From: a virus
Lineage: Duplodnaviria > Caudoviricetes
DNA length: 64,000 nucleotides
IMG/VR virus record: IMGVR_UViG_3300042327_000405
Location: 297-64,296 of that record
Strand: one strand, 5' to 3'
This document shows, piece by piece, positions 1-9,072 of the stretch. A program made the position numbers and the translations under genes. Positions within the stretch are counted from its first letter, which is position 1. Each line of letters opens with the position of its first letter. A model generated the notes under the pieces. It did not search any database, was not told the DNA's origin, and worked only from the letters and a program-made list of their open reading frames with translations.

Positions 1-1911
1 TAAGTTTTTAACGCCCATCTTAATAAGAAGGTTTGTGTATGGTGCTGCTTCACACTGGAACACACCTTTTGTGTGTCCGTCTGATAACATCTGATATACA
101 TTTGCATCATCCATCTTGATCTTGAGAAGGTCAATCTTCTTGCCATCTCGCTCTTTGATTATGTCGATTGTATTCTTAAGAACAGACAAAGTTTTAAGAC
201 CCAAAGCATCAATCTTAATTAAACCAATTCTTTCAGCCTCCTCCATGTCAACACCAACTACAGGAATTCTTTCATCAGATCCAGTAGATGATCTTGTTTC
301 AAGTGGTGCATATCTAAAAATTGGTTCCTTTGCAGTTACAACACCTGCTGCGTGAATGCCTGTTCCACGGATTCGACCACGAAGTTGTTCTCCATAAACC
401 TCTACCTCTGGATACTTCTCACGAAACTCTCGTGTTGATTTAGATGTGCAGAAGTCATCCCAAGTGTCTACGGTCTTTAGTACTTTATTAACATCTGAAA
501 GAGGTATGTTTAGTACTCGTGCAACATCTCTTACAATTCCTTTTCCAGTAAACTGTAAGAATGTAGCAATAGATGCAACATGTCGATACTGTCTAACAAG
601 ATAATCTTTAACTTCTTCACGACGAGTATCCTGAATATCTGTATCGATATCTGGAAAGTCGTTACGCTCTGGATTAATAAATCGGAAGAACAAAAGATTG
701 TGTTCAATAGGATCAATATCTGTAATCTTTAATGCATAACAGACAAGAGAACCAGCAGATGATCCACGACCTGGCCCAACCATAATCTCTTCCTTCTTAG
801 CCCAGTTAATCATGTTACTTACAACAAGGAAGTATGGGGCAAACTTCTTGTCCTTAATAATCTGTAATTCTTCTTCAAGTCTATCAAGGTACTCTTGGTT
901 TTCTGACAAACCTCGCTCTGCCAAACCTTCAAGCGCAACCTTGGCAAGTTCTTTATCAGGACTCTTGTACTGTACTGGAAGAAGGTTTAGTCCTTCTTGA
1001 ATGCCATAGTCTCCTACTGTCTCTGCTAATAAGAGTGTGTTTGAGTAGATGTCTGGTCGATCAATACCCTGCGATTCCATGGCTGCCTTGATCTCTTCGT
1101 ATGATAGTAGGTGGATATCAAACTTATTAAATGTTATCTGACGGTCTTCGCCATAAAGATAGTCAAGGCGTTCCATCATGTTGCCTTTTTTCTTTGACTT
1201 TTCATATGTTGCATCTTTTACGAACTTGCCGTGTGTGTTCATGAGCAACTTAAACTCTTGAACTTCTTTTTGCGACGGATCAACATGGTGGCAGTCTGGT
1301 GTTACAACAACTTTGATTCCAAACTCATCTGCTAGTTCAATTAAATATTTGTTAATGTGTGCTTCGTTGTGAGGCATGACTTCAATGTAGTAGTCATCTT
1401 CAAAGCGTTCCTTAAACCAAGATATGTATTTCTTAGCAAGAGCAAACTCTTCTTCCTCTAATGCCTTTACAAGTACACTACTTGGACAAGCAGAGGTTAC
1501 TATAATTCCTTCTTTATACTTTTCAAGAATCGTAAAGTCAAATCTTGGCTTCTTAAAGAAACCATCTGTCCACGATAGTTCACTAATCTTGTTAAGGTTT
1601 TCCAAACCAATTTGATTCTTGGCTAGAAGGATAATGTGGTTGTAGACAAGATCTTGTTGACCTTCTCTTTCAGACTTATCTCGTGTATCAGATATGTCTG
1701 CACACATGTATCCTTCTAGACCTAGAATTGGCTTAATGCCCTTTGCTTTTGCAATACGGTGCAGTTCCCTATGCCCAGACAAAGTACCGTGGTCAGTGAT
1801 GGCAATTGCTGGCATCCCTAACTCAACTGCACGGTCAACATATTCTTCTGGAGTAGCAATCCCATCAAATAAACTAAAATGGGTATGGACATGTAAGCCT
1901 ACGTAGTTCAT
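1..1911 (-). CDS. dnaE: DNA polymerase III alpha subunit (family C), partial; runs off the left edge of the window
   Basis: Not in the ORF track because no stop codon lies in the window. Hand translation from ATG 1911 gives MNYVGLHVHTHFSLFDG...AIAITDHG (PHP domain), then GPGRGSSAGSLVCYAL and RFINPER...PDIDTD (catalytic motifs). Confidence 0.95.
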   Translation of the reverse strand, partial: MNYVGLHVHTHFSLFDGIATPEEYVDRAVELGMPAIAITDHGTLSGHRELHRIAKAKGIKPILGLEGYMCADISDTRDKSEREGQQDLVYNHIILLAKNQIGLENLNKISELSWTDGFFKKPRFDFTILEKYKEGIIVTSACPSSVLVKALEEEEFALAKKYISWFKERFEDDYYIEVMPHNEAHINKYLIELADEFGIKVVVTPDCHHVDPSQKEVQEFKLLMNTHGKFVKDATYEKSKKKGNMMERLDYLYGEDRQITFNKFDIHLLSYEEIKAAMESQGIDRPDIYSNTLLLAETVGDYGIQEGLNLLPVQYKSPDKELAKVALEGLAERGLSENQEYLDRLEEELQIIKDKKFAPYFLVVSNMINWAKKEEIMVGPGRGSSAGSLVCYALKITDIDPIEHNLLFFRFINPERNDFPDIDTDIQDTRREEVKDYLVRQYRHVASIATFLQFTGKGIVRDVARVLNIPLSDVNKVLKTVDTWDDFCTSKSTREFREKYPEVEVYGEQLRGRIRGTGIHAAGVVTAKEPIFRYAPLETRSSTGSDERIPVVGVDMEEAERIGLIKIDALGLKTLSVLKNTIDIIKERDGKKIDLLKIKMDDANVYQMLSDGHTKGVFQCEAAPYTNLLIKMGVKNL

Positions 1912-1912
1912 A

Positions 1913-2569
1913 TTACCAATCAGCGTTAGTTGCTGAGGTGGCAGATGGGCCATCAAAGCCCAAATAGAACGCTTCTTGTTCTGCATAAGGAATCTTCTTG
2001 AGTGCTGACTCAAGAGGATAAGGCTCTATGGCCTTCCAATCAAATGGTTCCTTATCTGGTGCAGATGGAATAAGTGTGTAATTGGTTTCAGTTCCCTGAC
2101 CATTACGCTTTAACTTCCATAGTACGTTTGAGATGCTTCCTGTTTCAAGAGCATACTCACGAATTGTGTTGAATGATGACTGCTTGCTGATACCCATTGA
2201 CCAAATTGCAACATATGGTGCTTCGATACCATCGTCAACTAGGACATTGCAATAGAAACGAAGACGGCCACGCCATCCAGCCTTTGGATCCTTACGGTGC
2301 ATTTCTTCTGCCCAGTCACGACCTTCTGATTCCATTGTATCTACAGCCTTACGCTTGTAGTCCTTTGGGTTTACGTGTTCCTTAACAACTAGTGCTAGTC
2401 CACGATTTTCATTATAGTTTGCTGAGTCTTCATCAAGTTCTTCGATAAATCGAATCTTAACTGATTGTCCATCAGCGAGTTTTAGCCACTTTAACTTTGG
2501 CCCGTCGTTTTCATACTTTGGCTTGTCGAGCAGGGCATTAATGTTCTTGAGTCCCTTTACTACGCTCAT
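1913..2569 (-). CDS. Single-stranded DNA-binding protein (gp32-like)
   Basis: KWLKLADGQSVKIRF and WKLKRNGQGTETNYTL motifs; lies between primase and polymerase; SD AGGAG upstream. Confidence 0.75.
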   Translation of the reverse strand: MSVVKGLKNINALLDKPKYENDGPKLKWLKLADGQSVKIRFIEELDEDSANYNENRGLALVVKEHVNPKDYKRKAVDTMESEGRDWAEEMHRKDPKAGWRGRLRFYCNVLVDDGIEAPYVAIWSMGISKQSSFNTIREYALETGSISNVLWKLKRNGQGTETNYTLIPSAPDKEPFDWKAIEPYPLESALKKIPYAEQEAFYLGFDGPSATSATNADW

Positions 2570-2592
2570 ATATTTCTCCTTTGTTTGTTATA

Positions 2593-3537
2593 TTAGTTTA
2601 GCATAAGAGATATAGATTTGTCAAACTGGAACTCTAAATTCTTAAGTTCTTCATCTGGCATATCTCCAATATCCTTATACTGATTGTTTAGTTTAATAAC
2701 AGAAACACGAGTAGAAAGTTTTTCAACTATCCTATCTTTCATGTTTCCTCCTGCCTCATCATTATCAGCAATAACAATAATGTTATTGAAATACTTCTGA
2801 AGCAATTCTATTTGTGTACTTGATACGTTTGCACCAAGTGTTGCTACTGCTGGGAGTCCTACCTGGTCAAGTCTGATAGCATCAAACGAAGACTCTACTA
2901 CATACACTCTATCAGATTTCTTAACTCTATGCAGGTTAAACAGTGTTTTACTTTTTGGAAGTCCTGGAGTATTCTTAAAATCTTTTCCTTCAATAGACCT
3001 ACCAACAAATCCTAAAGGGATCCCATCTGGACTATGAACTGGAACGGTTACCATGTCTTGCTTTTCTGAATAACCCAATGAGAATTTTATGCAAGAAGGC
3101 TTTTCAATTTTTCTGTATGTAAAATAATTTCTTGCTCTTTCTGAACCGACTAACCCATTGTGTAATCTTTTAATAATAAGTTCATCAAATGTTTTATAAA
3201 CTTCTTCTTTTACAAGGACTTTGTCAATCTCTGTAGTAATATTAGTTAACTTCTCTTTACTCTTTATAAACCTTGCAGATTCAAAATATGTTCTACCAGA
3301 AGTATGCATAACTAGTTCTATTAGGTCTGCAGATTTTTGGCAAGAAAAACAAAAGAACATTCCGCTTCCTTTTTGTACTTCTCCTGCTGGGGTTCTGTGA
3401 TTATTGTGAAATGGACAAAAGATCATGAAGTCTGCATCAAGTTCAGACTCTACGGTAATACCCGATCCTGTAAGTACTCGCTTGACTTGGTCTGCTGAAT
3501 AAAGATGGGATTGGCTCCGTCTATTCCTGCTATCCAT
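2593..3537 (-). CDS. dnaG: DNA primase (CHC2 zinc finger plus TOPRIM)
   Basis: CPFH...CFSC zinc finger; VVESSFD and ADNDEAG TOPRIM motifs. Confidence 0.92.
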   Translation of the reverse strand: MDSRNRRSQSHLYSADQVKRVLTGSGITVESELDADFMIFCPFHNNHRTPAGEVQKGSGMFFCFSCQKSADLIELVMHTSGRTYFESARFIKSKEKLTNITTEIDKVLVKEEVYKTFDELIIKRLHNGLVGSERARNYFTYRKIEKPSCIKFSLGYSEKQDMVTVPVHSPDGIPLGFVGRSIEGKDFKNTPGLPKSKTLFNLHRVKKSDRVYVVESSFDAIRLDQVGLPAVATLGANVSSTQIELLQKYFNNIIVIADNDEAGGNMKDRIVEKLSTRVSVIKLNNQYKDIGDMPDEELKNLEFQFDKSISLMLN

Positions 3538-3806
3538 TCGCTTTTCCTTTTCCCTGCGTAAACTGCATGTATCGATAGTTCAAATTCAAAATAGTTCTTT
3601 ATATCATTATACCTTATTGTGAAGTCTGGGTCAAGATCAATTCTTGGCACATACCCACTTAATTTCATTTCTGATATCAATAATCTTATATACTCTTGTT
3701 TGAGTCTTCCGATCATTGAATCGTCATAGATTACTCCGTCAAGGCAAAAACGCTTAATCGACTTATGATGATAAGACTTATGAGTGGTAGCATTCTTTTC
3801 TGACAT
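3450..3806 (-). CDS. Hypothetical phage protein
   Basis: 118-aa ORF within the replication block, overlapping the primase start. Confidence 0.65.
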   Translation of the reverse strand: MSEKNATTHKSYHHKSIKRFCLDGVIYDDSMIGRLKQEYIRLLISEMKLSGYVPRIDLDPDFTIRYNDIKNYFEFELSIHAVYAGKRKSEWIAGIDGANPIFIQQTKSSEYLQDRVLP

Positions 3807-3818
3807 ACCATATTATAA

Positions 3819-5039
3819 CTACTTATCTTCAAAGTCTTTATATCTATAATATCCCTTGTCAAAGTCACACTGGACTAGGAAATCTCCCATAAATCCATTA
3901 CGGTTTTTACGGAATGCACATTCAATGATATCACTATTTGTGGCACGACCAAGGGCAAGAACCCAGTCAGCATCGTAGGCAATTTGTCTAGACCAGGATG
4001 TTTGACCAAGTGTTGGAACACTGTTTAGGTCGTTGGCATCGTCAGGTGTTGCAGATGAAATTGCAATAATTGGAACTTCTTCACCAATAGCCATTAGTTT
4101 TAATTCTCTTGAGAGGTTCTTCATTCGTACCGTTTCATTGTCTGACTTCTGGTTAGGAGCCATCAACTGAAGGTAGTCAACGATCACAAAATCTGGCTTG
4201 TACTGATCAATCTTTCCACGAAGAACAGAAGGGTTGATTTCTCCGCCACTATCATTTGATATGATGTGGAATTCTGGCTTTCCTGCAAGATTCTTTGCAT
4301 GCCATTCCTTTAGCATGTCAATTTCAATCTCACCATTGCTAATCTTCCTGTGAGACCATCTACCTTCACCCATAATAGTAAACACACGATTACGAACTTC
4401 AGTCTCAGACATTTCAAGAGAGATTACCATTGGGGACTTTCCTTGCTTCCATGCTTGAACAGCAAAGTAAAGTGCAAGCCACGACTTTCCAATTCCTGGA
4501 TAAGCAAGAAACACTCCAAGTTGTCCTGGCATAATTCCAGAAGGAAGATAGTTGTCAAACCCTGGAAGACCTGTTTTGATTCCAGAAAGTCCTAGCGCTT
4601 GTTGTTTCTTAACATTTTCAAAATATGCAATAGCAGACTCAAGATCCGTTACATCAATATCACGAATAGCAGAAGTATTCTTTTTTAATTCTGAGGTCTT
4701 TGTTATTAGTTCGTTAAGGGCACCGTTTCCATTATTGTTTTGGATCTCACTTGCAGCAGATCTAATTATATCTTTAAGGCTGTCGGTAAGGTACTCTCCC
4801 TGAAGTTCTTCAAGATGATGCTTGGTTGCTCCGATACCTGACACTGGCTCAAAGTCTCTAAACTTTTCAGTAACTAATTCTGTTGGAGGAAGAACAGAGT
4901 TATTTTCAAAATACAACCTAATAAAATTCCAGATGTCTCCGTGAGTTCTTAAAAGATTATCAACATTAGCCTGAAGAAGAACATGGATTTGCTTATCGCT
5001 TAAAACAGCCGTAAGTAGTTTTGCTTCTGCATTATTCAC
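3819..5039 (-). CDS. dnaB: DnaB-like replicative helicase
   Basis: Walker A AYPGIGKS, SLEMS, Walker B IVDYLQL, KNRNG. Confidence 0.95.
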   Translation of the reverse strand: MNNAEAKLLTAVLSDKQIHVLLQANVDNLLRTHGDIWNFIRLYFENNSVLPPTELVTEKFRDFEPVSGIGATKHHLEELQGEYLTDSLKDIIRSAASEIQNNNGNGALNELITKTSELKKNTSAIRDIDVTDLESAIAYFENVKKQQALGLSGIKTGLPGFDNYLPSGIMPGQLGVFLAYPGIGKSWLALYFAVQAWKQGKSPMVISLEMSETEVRNRVFTIMGEGRWSHRKISNGEIEIDMLKEWHAKNLAGKPEFHIISNDSGGEINPSVLRGKIDQYKPDFVIVDYLQLMAPNQKSDNETVRMKNLSRELKLMAIGEEVPIIAISSATPDDANDLNSVPTLGQTSWSRQIAYDADWVLALGRATNSDIIECAFRKNRNGFMGDFLVQCDFDKGYYRYKDFEDK

Positions 5040-5340
5040 TTAGCCACTCCTTTGCTAGTCTTCTGCGCTCTGTGCGCTCCTCTATGTCTTTAACTTTATC
5101 TCTTTGTGCCTGCAATATTTTTTCTGCATTATATGCAAAGTAATTCCAAGAAGGATTCTCTGCAACTGAAAAGTAGTACTCAAGTATATCGTAGCATCCT
5201 GGCAGTGTATATGACTCTACAAGGGCATCAGAAGCCCACTGCTCTACATTTAAATTAAGAGATGGCTTTGATTCGTACCTTGCGGTATGATACTTGCTGT
5301 ATCTTGAAAGCAAAGCCATACGGTCTTTGCGTTCGGCCAT
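5032..5340 (-). CDS. Hypothetical protein (possible helicase partner)
   Basis: 102-aa ORF translationally coupled to the helicase. Confidence 0.7.
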   Translation of the reverse strand: MAERKDRMALLSRYSKYHTARYESKPSLNLNVEQWASDALVESYTLPGCYDILEYYFSVAENPSWNYFAYNAEKILQAQRDKVKDIEERTERRRLAKEWLSE

Positions 5341-5549
5341 TATGCTTCGGCAGCCTCTTCTTGTGCTTCCTTGATCTTATCTGTAAGTTTATCTTCAACA
5401 AACTTGTAGACACGCTCAAAAGCCTGATCTATATTTTCTCCATTGCGTTTTGAATCAACAACTCCAAGATCAAGTCTTAGTGATTGAAAGTTACCGAGGT
5501 TAAGCGTGTATCCTAGTGTAACAGATACTTTTGTCTCTTCGTTTTCCAT
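5340..5549 (-). CDS. Small conserved phage protein
   Basis: Start revised to MENEETKVSVTLGYTLNLGNFQSLRLD, which has a GAAGGG SD-like element. Confidence 0.7.
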   Translation of the reverse strand: MENEETKVSVTLGYTLNLGNFQSLRLDLGVVDSKRNGENIDQAFERVYKFVEDKLTDKIKEAQEEAAEA

Positions 5550-5562
5550 TTTATACCCTTCG

Positions 5563-6105
5563 TTAAATAGATTCATTCCAAATTGGAACAAATCGACCAT
5601 CTTCTGTTTTCCTATAAGTAAGTATACCATCGCCCATTCTGCGTGTCAACTCTTGTTTGCTGGGCGTAATATCATTTGTTATTAATTTATCTTTTCTTGG
5701 TCTACCAATATGGTATGAAGCAAGTATATCACGAATCTCTTTTACTTGCGATTCCGAGTAATATGACCTTACTTGAAAACCTCTTGCCCCACCTTTTTGT
5801 GATCCAGTTGGAAATGGGATGACTCCTCGTTTCATTAGTGATGGCATATATTTTTTATGACGGTTAACTAAATCAGCAGTCTGACCCACTGTATATGCTC
5901 GCTCTCTTTTATTTTTAAAATCACTAATTAAACAACTTTCAATTTGATCTTTTGTAATATTATAAACAGACATTACTCCATTAGAGTGATTGTAGTGATG
6001 TGTTCTAACAAGGTCTCCATTAAGAAACCAAACCTTTTTGTTTCCTGGTATTACAGGTAACTCATTGTATTTTTCGCTCTCAATAGTTCCCTTTTTAGTA
6101 ACCAT
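5563..6105 (-). CDS. HTH (MerR-like) DNA-binding protein
   Basis: YTVGQTADLVNRH...RGVIP...RSYYSESQV resembles a MerR-type winged HTH. Confidence 0.6.
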   Translation of the reverse strand: MVTKKGTIESEKYNELPVIPGNKKVWFLNGDLVRTHHYNHSNGVMSVYNITKDQIESCLISDFKNKRERAYTVGQTADLVNRHKKYMPSLMKRGVIPFPTGSQKGGARGFQVRSYYSESQVKEIRDILASYHIGRPRKDKLITNDITPSKQELTRRMGDGILTYRKTEDGRFVPIWNESI

Positions 6106-6242
6106 TGTCCCTCCAAAGTGTGGCTAGGTGGATGAAAAAATACTCTCACTCCGCAAGTCATGCAATATACTTCCAGGTGATTAATTTCCGTATATTGCCT
6201 ATCTATAAACATTCTACCTTTGCATTTTTTGCACGACATCAT
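6051..6242 (-). CDS. Small zinc-ribbon protein
   Basis: CKKC...CMTC. Confidence 0.65.
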   Translation of the reverse strand: MMSCKKCKGRMFIDRQYTEINHLEVYCMTCGVRVFFHPPSHTLEGQWLLKRELLRAKNTMSYL

Positions 6243-6685
6243 TAGTTGGGTATTCCAACTACGATTAGGTTAATTCCAATGCTTGTGTCTCCACCAGTAT
6301 TAAATTTAACTGTTCCTTCTACTTTAGAAGTTGAAACACTATTAATTGTTACCGTAACATCTTTTCCAGCATCAGTGCTTCCAATATTAATTGGGGTTGC
6401 TGTAACTACTGGGGCAAACTTAAAGTCTGTTCCAAAAGCATAAGAAAATGGTTTAGATGATCCTGCAGTTTGTGTTGTACTTGTTGTTACCTGAACATAT
6501 CCACCTATTACACGGGCTTCTGAGGCTTTTACGCTTTGCTTTCCAGATGTTGGTGTATCCACGGTGACATATTTATATACTCCTGGAGATATTTGTTCAG
6601 ACAAATCATTAACAGCCTTAACAATCTGATAGATATATGTAACATCTAGCGGTTGTCCTCTTTCGGGTACAGGTAAAATAGCCAT
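6242..6685 (-). CDS. Virion structural protein or minor tail protein
   Basis: Beta-rich C-terminus (FKFAPVVTAT...INLIVVG) like tail-tip or lectin modules; leaderless promoter upstream. Confidence 0.55.
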   Translation of the reverse strand: MAILPVPERGQPLDVTYIYQIVKAVNDLSEQISPGVYKYVTVDTPTSGKQSVKASEARVIGGYVQVTTSTTQTAGSSKPFSYAFGTDFKFAPVVTATPINIGSTDAGKDVTVTINSVSTSKVEGTVKFNTGGDTSIGINLIVVGIPN

Positions 6686-6692
6686 AATACAA

Positions 6693-7124
6693 TTATACCA
6701 GAGACTTAACTATAGATTCATAAATTTTGAGAGCAGGCTTTACTGTTGGATTTATAGATGCTAATTGTACTAATACTTTTACAGAAGTAGTCCCAGTTTT
6801 TAAAAATGAATAACTTGTGCCAGTTGCAATGCCTACATTTGAGTAGTCTCCACCATCAAATGAAGCAAAAACATCGTACTTTTCTTCTGCAGAAGTTTTA
6901 GATCCTTTGGACCAGTTTACAAGGATTGTATTACCAACAACATTAATGTCTCCTGGAAGGACTTGGACTATTTCAGAATTAACTGCAAATATTTGAGACC
7001 ATGCAGACTTCCTGTTTTTGTCTTCTGATACCAATCTAAATCTTGCAATTCTTCCATTTTCTGTAGTTACTTTACCAAGTAATTCTTTTTTTACAATAAT
7101 ATTTTTTATTCCCGAATCTGCCAT
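6693..7124 (-). CDS. Minor tail protein (FN3-like)
   Basis: Position in the tail operon; VNW...YDV...GTSYSF pattern. Confidence 0.55.
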   Translation of the reverse strand: MADSGIKNIIVKKELLGKVTTENGRIARFRLVSEDKNRKSAWSQIFAVNSEIVQVLPGDINVVGNTILVNWSKGSKTSAEEKYDVFASFDGGDYSNVGIATGTSYSFLKTGTTSVKVLVQLASINPTVKPALKIYESIVKSLV

Positions 7125-8503
7125 TACACCACGTCCAAACCAAATCTAAATTCAATATAGTTTGTTGTATTTGCTGACTTAATAATTGTTTTTGCTTCTG
7201 GAGTTTTCATAACCGAGTACCCAGTCAATCCATATATAGAGTTATTGGCTGTAACATTTTCAAGCCTAAGACCGTCTAAACAAACATAAAAGTCAGAAGT
7301 TGGAATTGGAGTTAGGCCATCTTCTCTTAATACACAAGCATATATTCTTACAGTATTTATTTCTGACCAGGAAAATTCAGTACTCTTCTGTAACTGCTGA
7401 AGTTGTTTCTTTACAACAAAATATCTATTGGTTGCAAAATTAGTTTCAGTATCATTTACAACTGCTTCGAATGTTGCCCATTTTCCACTTTTAAAAGTTC
7501 CTGTAGAAGCAAATTCAACTATAATTCTTACAGACTTTGGAAGTGTCGATGCTGAACCGACTTTGTTAATAACAGAAAAAGCAAGTCTTAACTCGTCTGT
7601 TGGAGAATTTTTACTAAAGTCAACAGATGCATTTGTTAGTTGTATAAAGTTTGATCCTGCTGCTGCTGTTAAGTTGCCACCTGAATCTATTGAAATGTTT
7701 GCATTGTTTCCAGATATTGCAAAAATGTTATTTAGGAACCTGCACCTTTCATATCTGTTGGCTCGGTTTGAGTTTGTAAAAATTTTATTATCTGCATTTG
7801 TTTGAAATACTGGATATGCTTGACTAATAATATTTGTGTCAACATCATTAATTAAATATCCTGAAGAAACAAATGTTCCTGTAATACTGGTATTGGAAGA
7901 AATTGTAAAAGATGTTGAATTTGGAACCGTAACTATACTAACATCTGCAAGATTAAATACTGTTGGCGTGATCCCAGATATAGATATTTTTGTTCCCACT
8001 GTAAGTCCATGCTCTACATCTGTAGTATATGTTAAAGTAGAACCTGAAGGAGTTTTTGGAACAGTAGTAGCATTTGTTATTTTAACAACACGATCATCTA
8101 GTGGTTCATAAATTGAGGGAATTTCTTTGCCTTGAGAAGAATACTTCCAAGACTCTCCTTCAGAAAAAGAATAAATACTTTTACTATCAAATGCTCCAGC
8201 AGAAGGATTAGATGCTGCAGAAAATAGTCCTACCTCTGTAATTTCATATCTTTCTTGGGTTGGAAGTTCTGCTGTTAGAACAACCTTTGAAACCCCACCC
8301 TCATCTACAAATCCACGGGAAATTATTGGCACACGAAACATTTCAAATTCAAGAGAAGACTTATTTGAATAGTCTGGCATTGTAGTAGTGTTATCAGCCA
8401 CTAGTGGTTTAGGGCCACAGCCTACTGCTATATGTGATGCATACGATGGTGTTTGCCCTACAAGGTACTTTGCTAAAATATTTTTACCTATATTAGTTAT
8501 CAT
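7124..8503 (-). CDS. Minor tail protein
   Basis: N-terminal MITNIG...HIAVG...ITEVGLF of the tail-fibre/baseplate type. Confidence 0.7.
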   Translation of the reverse strand: MITNIGKNILAKYLVGQTPSYASHIAVGCGPKPLVADNTTTMPDYSNKSSLEFEMFRVPIISRGFVDEGGVSKVVLTAELPTQERYEITEVGLFSAASNPSAGAFDSKSIYSFSEGESWKYSSQGKEIPSIYEPLDDRVVKITNATTVPKTPSGSTLTYTTDVEHGLTVGTKISISGITPTVFNLADVSIVTVPNSTSFTISSNTSITGTFVSSGYLINDVDTNIISQAYPVFQTNADNKIFTNSNRANRYERCRFLNNIFAISGNNANISIDSGGNLTAAAGSNFIQLTNASVDFSKNSPTDELRLAFSVINKVGSASTLPKSVRIIVEFASTGTFKSGKWATFEAVVNDTETNFATNRYFVVKKQLQQLQKSTEFSWSEINTVRIYACVLREDGLTPIPTSDFYVCLDGLRLENVTANNSIYGLTGYSVMKTPEAKTIIKSANTTNYIEFRFGLDVV

Positions 8504-9072
8504 TAATTTCCTCCAGTATATATTGTATCACTAAAGGTTGCTCCACTTGTTAATACTTGAACCTCTGCCTGCTCGCCATCCTTTAAGTTAATTAAGTTAA
8601 TCACTAGATCTCCAGTTATGGGATCTACGTATATTGACTTACAGTTTGGAGTCTTTATCCACTTAGTTAGATCTTTTTCAACATACCCTGGATTATTTTC
8701 TGGTGGGGGTGGTGCTGATATGGTATAGCCTGTACCGCATTTTGGCAGGTGGTCTAAGATAGAAAGTGAAAGAGATTTAAAGTATGAATCTGATGACTGA
8801 AGACTTAGCATATTGTTTGGATTATACTGTAAATAAAGATCTGTTAGATTTTTTATTGGGCTATAGGAGATTGCTTGACCATTAACCAAATCATGCCTAG
8901 AAATTGTTGCAAGTTCTCGCCCACCAATATTTTCAAATATGAGATCTGTCATTATCTCAATAGACATAACCTCATCACCTTTAATAATTAAATCAGGTGT
9001 AGCAATTTTTATTGATTTATTGTCTGTTGTTGTTTTTGGATCTGGAAGATTTGGAGTTGCTGGTGTTGTCAT
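8503..9072 (-). CDS. Minor tail protein
   Basis: Coupled ORF in the tail operon. Confidence 0.6.
   Translation of the reverse strand: MTTPATPNLPDPKTTTDNKSIKIATPDLIIKGDEVMSIEIMTDLIFENIGGRELATISRHDLVNGQAISYSPIKNLTDLYLQYNPNNMLSLQSSDSYFKSLSLSILDHLPKCGTGYTISAPPPPENNPGYVEKDLTKWIKTPNCKSIYVDPITGDLVINLINLKDGEQAEVQVLTSGATFSDTIYTGGN

Noticed and set aside
116-1906. Short ORFs listed in the ORF track over this interval
   Set aside because: They are shadow or out-of-frame ORFs overlapping dnaE. The same applies to the many plus-strand ORFs opposite the structural and P450 genes.
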